Assembly: GCA_032718475.1 (NCBI GenBank)
Contig: JAUCBJ010005946.1
Coordinates: 1-64,000, forward strand
DNA: 64,000 nucleotides
From: Nemertoderma westbladi
Lineage: Eukaryota; Animalia; Xenacoelomorpha
Direction of reading: 5' to 3'
In this document: positions 40,717 through 53,600 of the stretch, in pieces
How positions within the stretch are numbered: the first letter of the stretch is position 1
Layout of the letters: each line of letters starts with the position of its first letter
Position numbers and translations under genes: made by a program
Notes under the pieces: model-generated
The model's input: only the letters and a program-made list of their open reading frames with translations
Databases searched by the model: none
Told to the model about the DNA's origin: nothing

Positions 40717-40935
40717 GTTTGGGAGGAACGCAGATGGAACCACTGTGTTCTGGTGCTGAGGAGAACCTTCTGTATTATCCTTACACAGAAGATGCTTACT
40801 ATGGTAATAACATCTACCTTCACGAACTGGGCCATGGTATTCATCTAATCGGTGTCATGGGAGGCGACCCTCAACTTTACGCTGATATAGATAATACTTG
40901 GCAGACATCGAAGTCACTATGGGTAAACTGTTACG
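40717..40935 (+). CDS. Metallopeptidase gene, exon D (HELGH zinc motif)
   Basis: tacag|GLGGTQMEPLCSGAEENLL...NNIYLHELGHGIHLIG...LWVNCY g|gtaag. Confidence 0.92.
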
Positions 40936-41143
40936 GTAAGGAAGAAGAGACAAATTAGACAAACTGAATCTACTGTATGTCCAACATGCACCAATATTGT
41001 GTCTAAATTCCTGTTGTAGTATATCCTGGAAACTCACTATTTGCCAAGAAACTGTTCATTTTAATTACTGTGCTGTAATTACTGTGTTAACTATCATTTT
41101 CCATCATATGCGGCGTGATAAAAAAGTTTTCTACACTTTGCAG

Positions 41144-41370
41144 GAGCTTCGAATCCGGCTGAATGGATGGGAGAGAATATGATGTACTATTTCGATCAAT
41201 CCGTTGAATCGAGCAATGCTGATGGAAGTTGCGATGGCATCAAGAATTTCGTCAACACTCGAAATGAGTTAAAAAGTTATGATAGAGCAGCCTACGATCT
41301 AACTGAGAGAATCTTCCCATGTCAAAATGAAATCATAAAGCTTGAAAGTAGAGAAGATCCTGATATAACT
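41144..41370 (+). CDS. Metallopeptidase gene, exon E (third-ligand Glu region)
   Basis: ttgcag|GASNPAEWMGE...VNTRNELKSYDRAAYDLTERIFPC...DPDIT|gtaagt. Confidence 0.9.
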
Positions 41371-41645
41371 GTAAGTATATCAAGTAAAGGCGCATCACCA
41401 GCAGAAATGGGGGTAAACACATCGCCTACACCTACAGTAGGCCTATATGTACCAGTACGTCAGTAGGCCTATTCATCTGACTAATGATTCTCAGGTTGTT
41501 GAATCTTATTTATCTTAAATTGGGTTTCCAACAATATTCCTAACTCTCGTTTATTGTTTTGGTTCCTTTCATCCCTAATGCAAACACAGTTTGGTTTGAT
41601 GAGTTTCGACACAACAGCTAATTACTAACAAAAATATAACTGCAA

Positions 41646-41787
41646 CCAGTTCTATTGATTTTAGATTATGTATTGGTTAGAATAACGTGCCACTGTAACC
41701 TGCTCCTTTCCCTAAATTGGTAATTTAACAATGAGACGATATGGGATTTGAGTCATATCAGCCCCCCCCCCCCCCCCCCCCCCTGTC
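41646..41787 (+). repeat. Short dispersed repeat family (copy 3)
   Basis: ttggttagaataacgtgccactgtaacctgctcctttccctaaattgg...poly-C tgtc. Confidence 0.7.
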
Positions 41788-41992
41788 TCACTTAGGGTTA
41801 TTAGTACTGTATATGTAATACATGTCCTAATATAATTAGGATTATTACAGATACGACCAACTGGCAGCAAAATAATATTTTAGTCATTTTAATTCTAACA
41901 TTAGTAGTCAACTTAGAATTAAGAATTCACATCATTCTATTGGTAGTTTATCAGGTTGAACTAAACATTTTATTTTCCCCGTATTAATTTAG

Positions 41993-42262
41993 TGGGTTAA
42001 AGGACATTGCCAGAACGGCGGTTTCATGTGGTACACATTCAACGACTTCCATTTGGAATCCGTCAGTGTAGCTGCTTTGGGAGAAACTTGTGATGATGGA
42101 AGTAGCGCCTGTGGATTCTGGAAAGATATTGGGGAATGCCAAAATAATCCTGGGTTTATGTTCTCGGTATGCCGTGCTTCTTGCGGATACTGTTGGCATC
42201 ATTTCGCACCAGATCCACCTAAAGCTGTGTCGGCGATAGCTCTCGCTGATGGAAATATCCAG
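41993..42262 (+). CDS. Metallopeptidase gene, exon F (ShK domain, start of FN3)
   Basis: tttag|WVKG...CDDGSSACGFWKDIGECQNNPGFMFSVCRASCGYC...APDPPKAVSA...NIQ|gtataa. Confidence 0.9.
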
Positions 42263-42404
42263 GTATAACTTCTAACTCAGTACATTTCCTTAGTACATTT
42301 CAATATTAAATTTTTTAATAACTATAAATAAGTATAAGTTATAACTATAAATAAGTAATAATAAATAAGTTTTTGAGGGTTCTTTTTTCTTTGTCTAAGC
42401 AATT

Positions 42405-42860
42405 GTGGCTGGCCACGAGAAAAGGGACCTTATGTTACCGGAGGTCGATTTGGAGTTATTAGGCCTATGAGATGCAGAATTTTACAGAGATTTTAACAAA
42501 AAAAACGGTGTCTCAATATCTATTTCCAAAAAAAAGTTATAGCGATTTATGTGAAGGTGATTCGGGTAGCTCTTTTCCTACCTACCCGTATTAGTACCTT
42601 TTATTAAAGTCCTACATTCAGACATGAAAACACTAAAACAGTGTTATATACAACACTGCAACATCTTATATTGCTTCCTGTAATTAGTTATTTCCTAGGT
42701 ATCTTGAATATCAGAACCAATTTGAATTTCCCGCATCGTTTTATACATTTCTAACTTGATAATCCAATTAAATTTGTTCAAAAATAGAGGGAAACTTTAA
42801 ACGCGATTATCTCAGAATCAGGTTTTGCGACATAAGGTCCCTTTTCTCGTGGCCAGCCAC
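42405..42860. mobile_element. MITE with ~31-bp perfect TIRs flanked by AATT
   Basis: aatt|gtggctggccacgagaaaagggaccttatgt ... acataaggtcccttttctcgtggccagccac|aatt. Confidence 0.9.
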
Positions 42861-42924
42861 AATTTATATTTACTTATACCGAAAGAATGAATAATGATAT
42901 TTTGTACATTATATGTTATTTTAG

Positions 42925-43230
42925 GTGAGCTGGGTACCTGGACATAACGGCGACCTCCCAAATACCTACCAACTACTCATCAAAGATGAAAGCTCTTCCT
43001 TTCAATATGGTTGGAGTGTCTCCACTCCGGAGGCTATTGTCAGTGACCTTCCCAACAGCTCTTCTTATATAGCCAGTGTCCGAGCCTGTCATATGTCTAC
43101 TTGCGGAGAATACACCGATTCTACTCTATTTACCGTGGCTGGAAGTTGTTCCTGTAAACCCAACATGTCCGACATCCTCCCCGACGCTGTAATATTAACC
43201 TCTGGTGACGCAACAGCCTTAGAATATTAA
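42925..43230 (+). CDS. Metallopeptidase gene, terminal exon G (fibronectin type III)
   Basis: ttttag|VSWVPG...YQL...VSDLPNSSSYIASVRAC...GEYT, stop TAA. Confidence 0.88.
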   Translation: MSWVPGHNGDLPNTYQLLIKDESSSFQYGWSVSTPEAIVSDLPNSSSYIASVRACHMSTCGEYTDSTLFTVAGSCSCKPNMSDILPDAVILTSGDATALEY

Positions 43231-43547
43231 GTGACCACCCAAACCTGTAGACCTGCGACCATGATATTTACATATAAACACATCAGTTAAATGTGGTGAG
43301 ATGGTATCAATACTGACTATATAAAATATATATTGAAGCTAAATAACGCATGTTGATGTTGTCATTGTTTAATTTTGCCATTTACCTTCATCAACCCGGT
43401 TCATACAATACCGAAATAAAAATTGTCACCCCTGCATAATACGTTAATTCATTATTTAATGATAAATGTATGTGGGATACTGTAAAAGCAATACGTTAAC
43501 TTTGAAATGAAATACGTTAACTTTGTATTAAAAGATGTCCAAAAATA

Positions 43548-44890
43548 CTCACATTCACATCCACCTCCCCACATTCCCATCCTCCCGCACTCACATCTTC
43601 CCACATCCCCATCCTCCAACACTCACATCTTCCCACATTCCCATCCTCCCACACTCATATCTTCCTACATTCCCATCCTCCCACACTCACATCTTCCCAC
43701 ATTCCCATCCTCCCACACTCACATCTTCCCACATTCCCATCCTCCCACACTCACATCCTCCCACATTCCCATCCTCCCACACTCACATCTTCCCACATTC
43801 CCATCCTCCCGCACTCACATCATCCCACATCCCCATCCTCCCACACTCACATCTACCCACATTCCCATCTTCCCACACTCACATCTTCCCACATTCCCAT
43901 CTTCCCACACTCACATCTTCCCACATTCCCATCCTCCCACACTCACATCTTCCAACATTTCCATCCTCCCACACTCACATCTTCCCACATTCCCATCTTC
44001 CCACACTCACATCTTCCCACATTCCCATCTTCCCACACTCACATCTTCCCACATTCCCATCCTCCCACACTCACATCTTCCCACATTCCCATCCTCCCAC
44101 ACTCACATCTACCCATATTCCCATCTTCCCACACTCACATTTTCCCACATTCCCATCTTCCCACACTCACATCGTCCTACATTCCCATCCTCCCACACTC
44201 ACATCTTCCAACATTTCCATCCTCCCACACTCACATCTTCCCACATTCCCATCTTCCCACACTCACATCTTCCCACATTCCCATCCTCCCACACTCACAT
44301 CTTCCCACATTCCCATCTTCCCACACTCACATCTTCCCACATTCCCATCTTCCCACACTCACATCTTCCCACATTCCCATCCTCCCACACTCACATCTTC
44401 CCACATTCCCATCCTCCCACACTCACATCTACCCACATTCCCATCTTCCCACACTCACATCTTCCCACATTCCCATCTTCCCACACTCACATATTCCCAC
44501 ATTCCCATCCTCCCACACTCACATCTTCCAACATTCCCATCTTCCCACACTCACATCTTCCCACATTCCCATCCTCCCACACTCACATCTTCCCACATTC
44601 CCATCCTCCCACACTCACATCTTCCAACATTTTCATCCTCCCACACTCACATCTTCCCACATTCCCATCTTCCCACACTCACATCTTCCCACATTCCCAT
44701 CTTCCCACACTCACATCTTCCCACATTCCCATCCTCCCACACTCACATCTTCCCACATTCCCATCCTCCCACACTCACATCTTCCAACATTTTCATCCTC
44801 CCACACTCACATCTTCCCACATTCCCATCTTCCCACGCTCACATCTTCCCACATTCCCATCCTCCCACACTCACATCTTCCCACATTCCA
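43548..44890 (-). repeat. 32-bp (2x16) satellite containing GTGAGT on the minus strand
   Basis: Plus-strand unit cccacactcacatcttcccacattcccatcct. Confidence 0.95.
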
Positions 44891-45003
44891 TTCTTCCATC
44901 TTCACACAATGCCACCCAATATGTCAAAGGGGGAGCTTCTGTAGAATAAAGTCGACGGCATCTCATGCCATCGCCGTATTGGCTCAGAGGACGAATTGGC
45001 TCA

Positions 45004-46686
45004 CCAGCTAACACCACCTAGCCCCACCTGGGTTAAAAAGCAATCAGCTAACACCACCAGCCCCACCTGGGTTAACAACCAATCAGCTAACACCACCTAG
45101 CCCCATCTGGGAAAACAACCAATCAGCTAACACCACCGAGCCCCATCTGGGTTAACAACCAATCAGCTAACACCACCAAGCCCCACCTGTGTTAACAACC
45201 AATCAGCTAACACCACCAGCCCCACCTGGGTTAACAACCAATCAGCTAACACCACCTAGCCCCATCTGGGAAAACAACCAATCAGCTAACACCACCGAGC
45301 CCCACCTGGGTTAACAACCAATCAGCTAACACCACCAAGCCCCACCTGGGTTAACAACCAATCAGCTAACACCAACTAGCCCCACCTCGTTTAACAACCA
45401 ATCAGCTAACACCAACACCACCTAGCCCCACCTCTGTTAACAACCAATCAGCTAACACCACCTATCCCCACCTGGGTTAACAAGCAATCGGCTAACACCA
45501 CCAGCCCCACCTGGGTTAACAAGAAATCAGCAAATACCACCTAGCCCCACCTGGGTTAACAAGCAATCAGCTAACACCACCAGCCCCACCTGGGTTAACA
45601 AGCAATCAGCTAACACCACCTAGCCCCACCTGGGTTAACAAGCAATCAGCTAACACCACCTAGGCCCACCTGGGTTAACAACCAATCAGCTAACACCACC
45701 TAGCCCCACCTGGGTTAACAAGCAATTAGCTAACACCACCTAGCCCACCTTGGTTAACAAGCAATCAGCTAACACCACCTAGCCCCACCTGGGTTAACAA
45801 CCAATCAGCTAACACCACCTAGCCCCACCTGGGATAACAAGCAATCAGATAACACCACCAGCCCCACCTCGTTTAACAATCAAACAACTAACACCAACAC
45901 CACCTAGCCCCAACTGAGTTAACAACCAATCAGCTAACACCACCAGCTCCACCTGGGTTAACAAGCAATCAGCTAACACCACCTAGCCCCACCTGGGTTA
46001 ACAATCAATCAGCTAACACCACCTAGCCCCACCTGGGATAACAAGCAATCAGCTAACACCACCAGCCACACCTGGGTGAACAAGCAATCAGCTAACACCA
46101 CCTAGCCCCACCTTGGTTAACAAGCAATCAGCTAACATCACCAGCCCCACCTGGGTTAACAAGCAATCAGCTAACACCACCTAGCCCCACCTGGGTTAAC
46201 AAGCAATCAGCTAACACCACCTAGGCCCACCTGGGTTAACAACCAATCAGCTAACACCACCTAGCCCCACCTGGATTAACAACCAATCAGCTAACACCAC
46301 CAGCCCCACCTGGGTTAACAACCAATCAGCTAACACCACCTAGCCCCATCTGGGAAAACAACCAATCAGCTAACACCACCGAGCCCCACCTGGGTTAATA
46401 ACCAATCAGCTAACACCACCAAGCCCCACCTGGGTTAACAACCAATCAGCTAACACCACCAAGCCCCACCTGGGTTAACAACCAATCAGCTAACACCACC
46501 TAGCCCCACCTGGGTTAACAATCAATCAGCTAACACCACCAAGCCCCACCTGGGTTAACAACCAATCAGCTAACACCACCAAGCCCCACCTGGGTTAACA
46601 ACCAATCAGCTAACACCACCTAGCCCCACCTGGGATAACAACCAATCAGTTAACACCACCTAGCCCCACCTGTAATAACAACCAAT
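45004..46686 (-). repeat. ~40-bp satellite containing CAG|GTGGGG on the minus strand
   Basis: Plus-strand unit aacaaccaatcagctaacaccacctagccccacctgggtt. Confidence 0.95.
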
Positions 46687-47506
46687 GTGGTGGACATTCA
46701 TTAAGGATATTGGCAGTGAAATCAACAGAGGACTTGCCTAGAATGAACTGATATCGTTTTTAAACTCCTTCTTGAACAATGAACATCTCCTCATCCCCTT
46801 CAACAGAGGTGTACGGTTAATGGCACCTTAATCGCTAACAGTTTCTCATGTTCCCTTATCATCAGAGTACAATTGCTTTGATTTTGTTTTTAAGTTTTGT
46901 TCTACATTATCTTAATCCACACACAGTGAACTATAAAATGAACGAAATCATTGTATGTCTTCACCCGAGTCCAGAATATGTATGTATGGATGGAGGTTGT
47001 TGTTATTAATTTTTTATATGTCATCCGAAACATATTGTTTCACAGCAAGGAGTTCCAGGACGGTGTGGTTATTGGCAATACTGTTCGTTCAGCCATTAAA
47101 GCCATTTGGGTAACCACTGGTTTCTTGAGTGACTGACTCTATTTGAATTATGTTTAAAGGCATTCCACAATTACTCCAATGGAGTGCCAAAAAATCAACT
47201 AGGAAGAGGTTGAGAATGAATCCATAACATGGGGATCCTACTTAGAGTAAAAGTCACATGCTCCGGTCATATTATTTGCATTGTCGGTGACAATGGCAGT
47301 TCAATGGTCGTAGTATCAAACAACCTTCATCTTGAAGGTGAACCTCTCCCCAATGAATTAAAAGATAATGAAAAAATTTATGATATCATTGAATGAAGAA
47401 ACATTATAGAAAAGTTGTATACAGTGTGCAATAAAGTATGCAATTTGCTTGTGGATTTCCATAGTAAATTAAAGTTCAATATTTAAAGATGAGTGATAGA
47501 TCAAGA

Positions 47507-47674
47507 TCAAGCATCAACTTCTATTGCGTTAGGTTGAGTAGCTGGTAGATCAGTAGGTGATTGGATGTTTCCTTCCTCTACCATGCCCTCGCCCTGTGAT
47601 TGGCCACTCTCTTCAGCATGACGTCTGGCTGCCAGAATTGCCTCGTTGGTTACTTTAACTTCGTAGTCCACAGG
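47507..47674 (-). CDS. LRRC34: LRRC34 putative terminal exon
   Basis: ttttctag|PVDYEVKVTNEAILAARRHAEESG...NAIEVDA*; phase 0 matches the preceding exon ending YYTQ. Confidence 0.65.
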   Translation of the reverse strand, partial: PVDYEVKVTNEAILAARRHAEESGQSQGEGMVEEGNIQSPTDLPATQPNAIEVDA

Positions 47675-50600
47675 CTAGAAAAACAATTTCAATAGAATAG
47701 ACTATTTATTTCCGCGATTTACATTCCACGACGTCCTAGCATAGTACGCAGTGAACTTGTTTATCCGTTTTCACCCAAACAACACCGGACTGGAGAAAAT
47801 CAGCTACGTTATAAACGTATTGTAGAGGATCTCTGACTTCTGATTGGTGGAAATTTGCCGGGAGGAAATTATATAGGCCTAAATGATATTCGTTTACTTT
47901 TATTATTGAATGGTGACGTTATACAAAGGTATTTATCAAAATTAGACCCATTTTGTTTTTTATTATTAAATTTGCTGATTTTGGAACAAATTTCATGGTA
48001 TTAATTTCAATGCATACTATTACTATTATAGATTTATTATAGAATTATATATTATTATATACTGCCTACTATTATAGATATCGCTTCTACAGTATTCAGG
48101 TAATGGAAATCGGAGCCAATAAATAAACGTTGATTAGTGGAAAGTATTGCAAGTTCCACCTTGATTTAGTGGATATTGAATTTACATCTCTCGGAGGTCG
48201 TGGGTTCAATCCTCGCTGTAATAAAGCGACCAATAGGAGGCGTGCTACCTGTTTGTAATAAAGCAACCAATATATATGAGGCGTGCTACCTGTGTGTAAT
48301 AAAGAAACCAATATCTATGACGTGTGCTACTTGTGTGTAATAATATAAAGCAACCAATAGGAGGCGTGCTACATGTGTGTAATAAAGCAACCAATAGGAG
48401 GCGTGCTACCTGTGTGTGATAAAGCAACCAATACCTATGAGGCGTGCTACCTGTGTGTAATAAAGCAACCAATATCTATGAGGCGTGTTGTTACCTGTGT
48501 GTATTATAGCAACCAATATCTATGAGGCGTGCTACCTGTGTGTAATAAAGCAACCAATATCAATGAGGCGTGTTACCTGTTTGTAATAAAGCAACCAATG
48601 TCTATGAGGCGTGTTGTTACCTGTGTGTAATATAGCAACCAATATCTATGAGGCGTGCTACCTGTGTGTAATAAAGCAACCAATATCTATGAGGCGTTCT
48701 ACCTGTGTGTAATAAAGCAACCAATATCAATGAGGCGTGTTGTTACCTGTGTGTATTATAGCAACCAATATCTATGAGGCGTGCTACCTGTGTGTAATAA
48801 AGCAACCAATATCTATGAGGCATGTTACCTGTGTGTAATAAAGAAACCAATATCAATGACGTGTGCTACTTGTGTGTAATAATATAAAGCAGCCAATAGG
48901 AGGCGTGCTACATGTGTGTAATAAAGCAACCAATATCAATGAGGCGTGCTACATGTGTGTAATGAAGCAACCAATAGGAGGCGTGCTACCTGTGTGTAAT
49001 AAAGCAACCAATATCTATGAGGCGTGTTGTTACCTGTGTGTAATAAAGAAACCAATATCTATGACGTGTGCTACTTGTGTGTAATAATATAAAGCAACCA
49101 ATAGGAGGCGTGCTACATGTGTGTAATAAAGCAACCAATATCAATGAGGCGTGCTACATGTGTGTAATGAAGCAACCAATAGGAGGCGTGCTACCTGTGT
49201 GTAATAAAGCAACCAATATATATGAGGCGTGCTACCTGTGCGTAATAAAGCAACCAATATATATGAGTCGTGCTACTTGTGTGAAATATAAAGCGACCAA
49301 TAGGAGGCGTGCTACCTGTGTGTAATAAAGCAACCAATAGGAGGCGTGCTACCTGTGTGTAATAAAGCAACCAATAGGAGGCGTGCTACCTGTGTGTAAT
49401 AAAGCAACCAATATCAATGAGGCGTGTTACCTGTTTGTAATAAAGCAACCAATGTCTATGAGGCGTGTTGTTACCTGTGTGTAATATAGCAACCAATATC
49501 TATGAGGCGTGCTACCTGTGTGTAATAAAGCAACCAATATCTATGAGGCGTGCTACCTGTGTGTAATAAAGCAACCAATAGGAGGCGTGCTACCTGTGTG
49601 TAATAAAGCAACCAATATCAATGAGGCGTGTTACCTGTTTGTAATAAAGCAACCAATGTCTATGAGGCGTGTTGTTACCTGTGTGTAATATAGCAACCAA
49701 TACCTATGAGGCGTGCTACCTGTGTGTAATAAAGCAACCAATATTTATGAGGCATGCTACCTGTATGTAATGAAGCAACCAATAGGAGGCGTGCTACCTG
49801 TGTGTAATATGCTACCAATAACTATGAGGCGTGCTACCTGTGTGTAATAAAGCAACCAATAGGAGGCGGGATACCTGTGTGTAATATGCTACCAATATCT
49901 ATAAGGCGTGCCACCTGTGTGTAATATGCTACCAATATCTATAAGGCGTGCTACATGTGTGTAATAAAGCAACCAATAGGAGGCGTGCTACCTGTGTGTA
50001 ATATGCTACCAATAACTATGAGGCGTGCTACCTGTGTGTAATAAAGCAACCAATAGGAGGCGGGCTACCTGTGTGTAATATGCTACCAATATCTATAAGG
50101 CGTGCTACCTGTGTGTAATATGCTACCAATATCTATAAGGCGTGCTACATGTGTGTAATAAAGCAACCAATATATATGAGGCGTGCTACCTGTGCGAAAT
50201 GAAGCAACCAATAGGAGGCGTGCTACCTGTGTGTAATAAAGCAACCAATATCAATGAGGCGTGCTACCTGTGTGTAATAAAGCAACCAATATCAATGAGG
50301 CGTGCTACCTGTGTGTAATAAAGCAACCAATATCTATGAGGCGTGCTACCTGTGTGTAATAAAGCAACCAATAGGAGGCGTGCTACCTGTGTGTAATAAA
50401 GCAACCAATAGGAAGCGTGCTACCTGTGTGTAATAAAGCAACCAATATCAATGAGGCGTGCTACCTGTGTGTAATAAAGCAACCAATAGGAGGCGTGCTA
50501 CCTGTGTGTAATAAAGCAACCAATTGGAGGCATGCTACCTGTGTGTAATGAAGCAACCAATAGGAGGCGTGATAACTGTGTGTATAATAAAGCAACCAAT

Positions 50601-53600
50601 ATATATGAGGCGTGCTACCTGTGTGTAATAAAGCAACCAATTGGAGGCGTGCTATCTGTGTGTAATGAAGCAACCAATAGGAGGCGTGCTACCTGTGTTA
50701 ATAAAACAACCAATAGGAGGCGTGCTACCTCGTATGTAATGAAGCAACCAATAGGAGGCGTGCTACCTGTGTGTAATAAAGCAACCAATATATATGAGGC
50801 GTGCTACCTGTATGTATGTAATGAAGCAACCAATAGGAGGCGTGCTACCTGTGTGTAATAAAGCAACCAATATATATGAGGCGTGCTACCTGTTTGTAAT
50901 GAAGCAACCAATAGGAGGCGTGCTACCTGTGTGTAATAAAGCAACCAATATCTATGAGGCGTGCTACTTGTGTGTAATATAAAGCAACCAATAGGAGGCG
51001 TGCTACCTGTGTGTAATAAAGCAACCAATATATATGAGGCGTGCTACCTGTATGTATGTAATGAAGCAACCAATAGGAGGCGTGCTACCTGTATGTAATA
51101 AAGCAACCAATATCAATGAGGCGTGCTACCTGTGTATAATAAAGCAACCAATATATCTGAGGCGTGCTACATGTGCGAAATGAAGCAACCAATAGGAGGC
51201 GTGCTCCCTGTGTGTAATAAAGCAACCAATATCTATGAGGCGTGCTACCTGTATGTAATGAAGCAACCAATAGGAGGCGTGCTACCTGTGTGTAATAAAG
51301 CAACCAATATCTATGAGGCGTGCTACTTGTGTGTAATATAAAGCAACCAATAGGAGGCGTGATACCTGTGTGTAATAAAGCAACCAATATATATGAGGCG
51401 TGCTACCTGTGTGAAATGAAGCGACCAATATCTATGAGGCGTGCTACCTGTGTGTAATAAAGCAACTAATATCTATAAGGTGTGCTACCTGTGTGTAATG
51501 AAGCAACCAATATGAGGCGTGCTACCTGTGTGTAATGAAGCAACCAATAGGAGTCGTGCTACCTGTGTGTAATGAAGCAACCAATAGGAGGCGTTCTACC
51601 TGTGTGTAATAAAGCAACCAATAGGAGGCGTGCTACCTGTGTGTAATAAAGCAACCAATATCTACGAGGCGTGCTACCTGTGTGTAATAAAGCAACCAAT
51701 AGGAGGCGTTCTACCTGTGTGTAATAAAGAAACCAATAGGAGGCGTTCTACCTGTGTGTAATAAAGCAACCAATAGGAGGCGTGCTACCTGTGTGTAATA
51801 AAGCAACCAATATTTATGAGGCATGCTATCTGTATGTAATGAAGCAACCAATAGGAGGCGTGCTACCTGTGTGTAATAAAGCAACTAATATCTATAAGGT
51901 GTGCTACCTGTGTGTAATGAAGCAACCAATAGGAGGCGTGCTACCTGTGTGTAATGAAGCAACCAATAGGAGTCGTGCTACCTGTGTGTAATAAAGCAAC
52001 CCATAGGAGGCGTGCTACCTGTGTGTAATAAAGCAACCAATATCTATGAGGCGTGCTACCTGTATGTATGTAATGAAGCAACCAATAGGAGGCGTGTTAC
52101 CTGTGTGTAATAAAGCAACCAATATTTATGAGGCATGCTACCTGTATGTAATGAAGCAACCAATAGGAGGCGTGCTACCTGTGTGTAATATGCTACCAAT
52201 AACTATGAGGCGTGCTACCTGTGTGTAATAAAGCAACCAATAGGAGGCGGGCTACCTGTGTGTAATATGCTACCAATATCTATAAGGCGTGCCACCTGTG
52301 TGTAATATGCTACCAATATCTATAAGGCGTGCTACATGTGTGTAATAAAGCAACCAATAGGAGGCGTGCTACCTGTGTGTAATATGCTACCAATAACTAT
52401 GAGGCGTGCTACCTGTGTGTAATAAAGCAACCAATAGGAGGCGGGCTACCTGTGTGTAATATGCTACCAATATCTATAAGGCGTGCTACCTGTGTGTAAT
52501 ATGCTACCAATATCTATAAGGCGTGCTACATGTGTGTAATAAAGCAACCAATATCTATAAGGTGTGCTACCTGTGTGTAATGAAGCAACCAATATGAGGC
52601 GTGCTACCTGTGTGTAATGAAGCAACCAATAGGAGTCGTGCTACCTGTGTGTAATGAAGCAACCAATAGGAGGCGTTCTACCTGTGTGTAATAAAGCAAC
52701 CAATAGGAGGCGTGCTACCTGTGTGTAATAAAGCAACCAATATCTACGAGGCGTGCTACCTGTGTGTAATAAAGCAACCAATAGGAGGCGTTCTACCTGT
52801 GTGTAATAAAGAAACCAATAGGAGGCGTTCTACCTGTGTGTAATAAAGCAACCAATAGGAGGCGTGCTACCTGTGTGTAATAAAGCAACCAATATTTATG
52901 AGGCATGCTACCTGTATGTAATGAAGCAACCAATAGGAGGCGTGCTACCTGTGTGTAATAAAGCAACTAATATCTATAAGGTGTGCTACCTGTGTGTAAT
53001 GAAGCAACCAATAGGAGGCGTGCTACCTGTGTGTAATGAAGCAACCAATAGGAGTCGTGCTACCTGTGTGTAATAAAGCAACCCATAGGAGGCGTGCTAC
53101 CTGTGTGTAATAAAGCAACCAATATCTATGAGGCGTGCTACCTGTATGTATGTAATGAAGCAACCAATAGGAGGCGTGTTACCTGTGTGAAATAAAGCAA
53201 CCAATATTTATGAGGCATGCTACCTGTATGTAATGAAGCAACCAATAGGAGGCGTGCTACCTGTGTGTAATATGCTACCAATAACTATGAGGCGTGCTAC
53301 CTGTGTGTAATAAAGCAACCAATAGGAGGCGGGCTACCTGTGTGTAATATGCTACCAATATCTATAAGGCGTGCCACCTGTGTGTAATATGCTACCAATA
53401 TCTATAAGGCGTGCTACATGTGTGTAATAAAGCAACCAATAGGAGGCGTGCTACCTGTGTGTAATATGCTACCAATAACTATGAGGCGTGCTACCTGTGT
53501 GTAATAAAGCAACCAATAGGAGGCGGGCTACCTGTGTGTAATATGCTACCAATATCTATAAGGCGTGCTACCTGTGTGTAATATGCTACCAATATCTATA

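Noticed and set aside
43507-44949. 480-aa and 469-aa His/Pro/Ser-rich ORFs
   Set aside because: Several frames are open only because the G-poor 32-bp repeat cannot form stops; the unit is not a multiple of 3.
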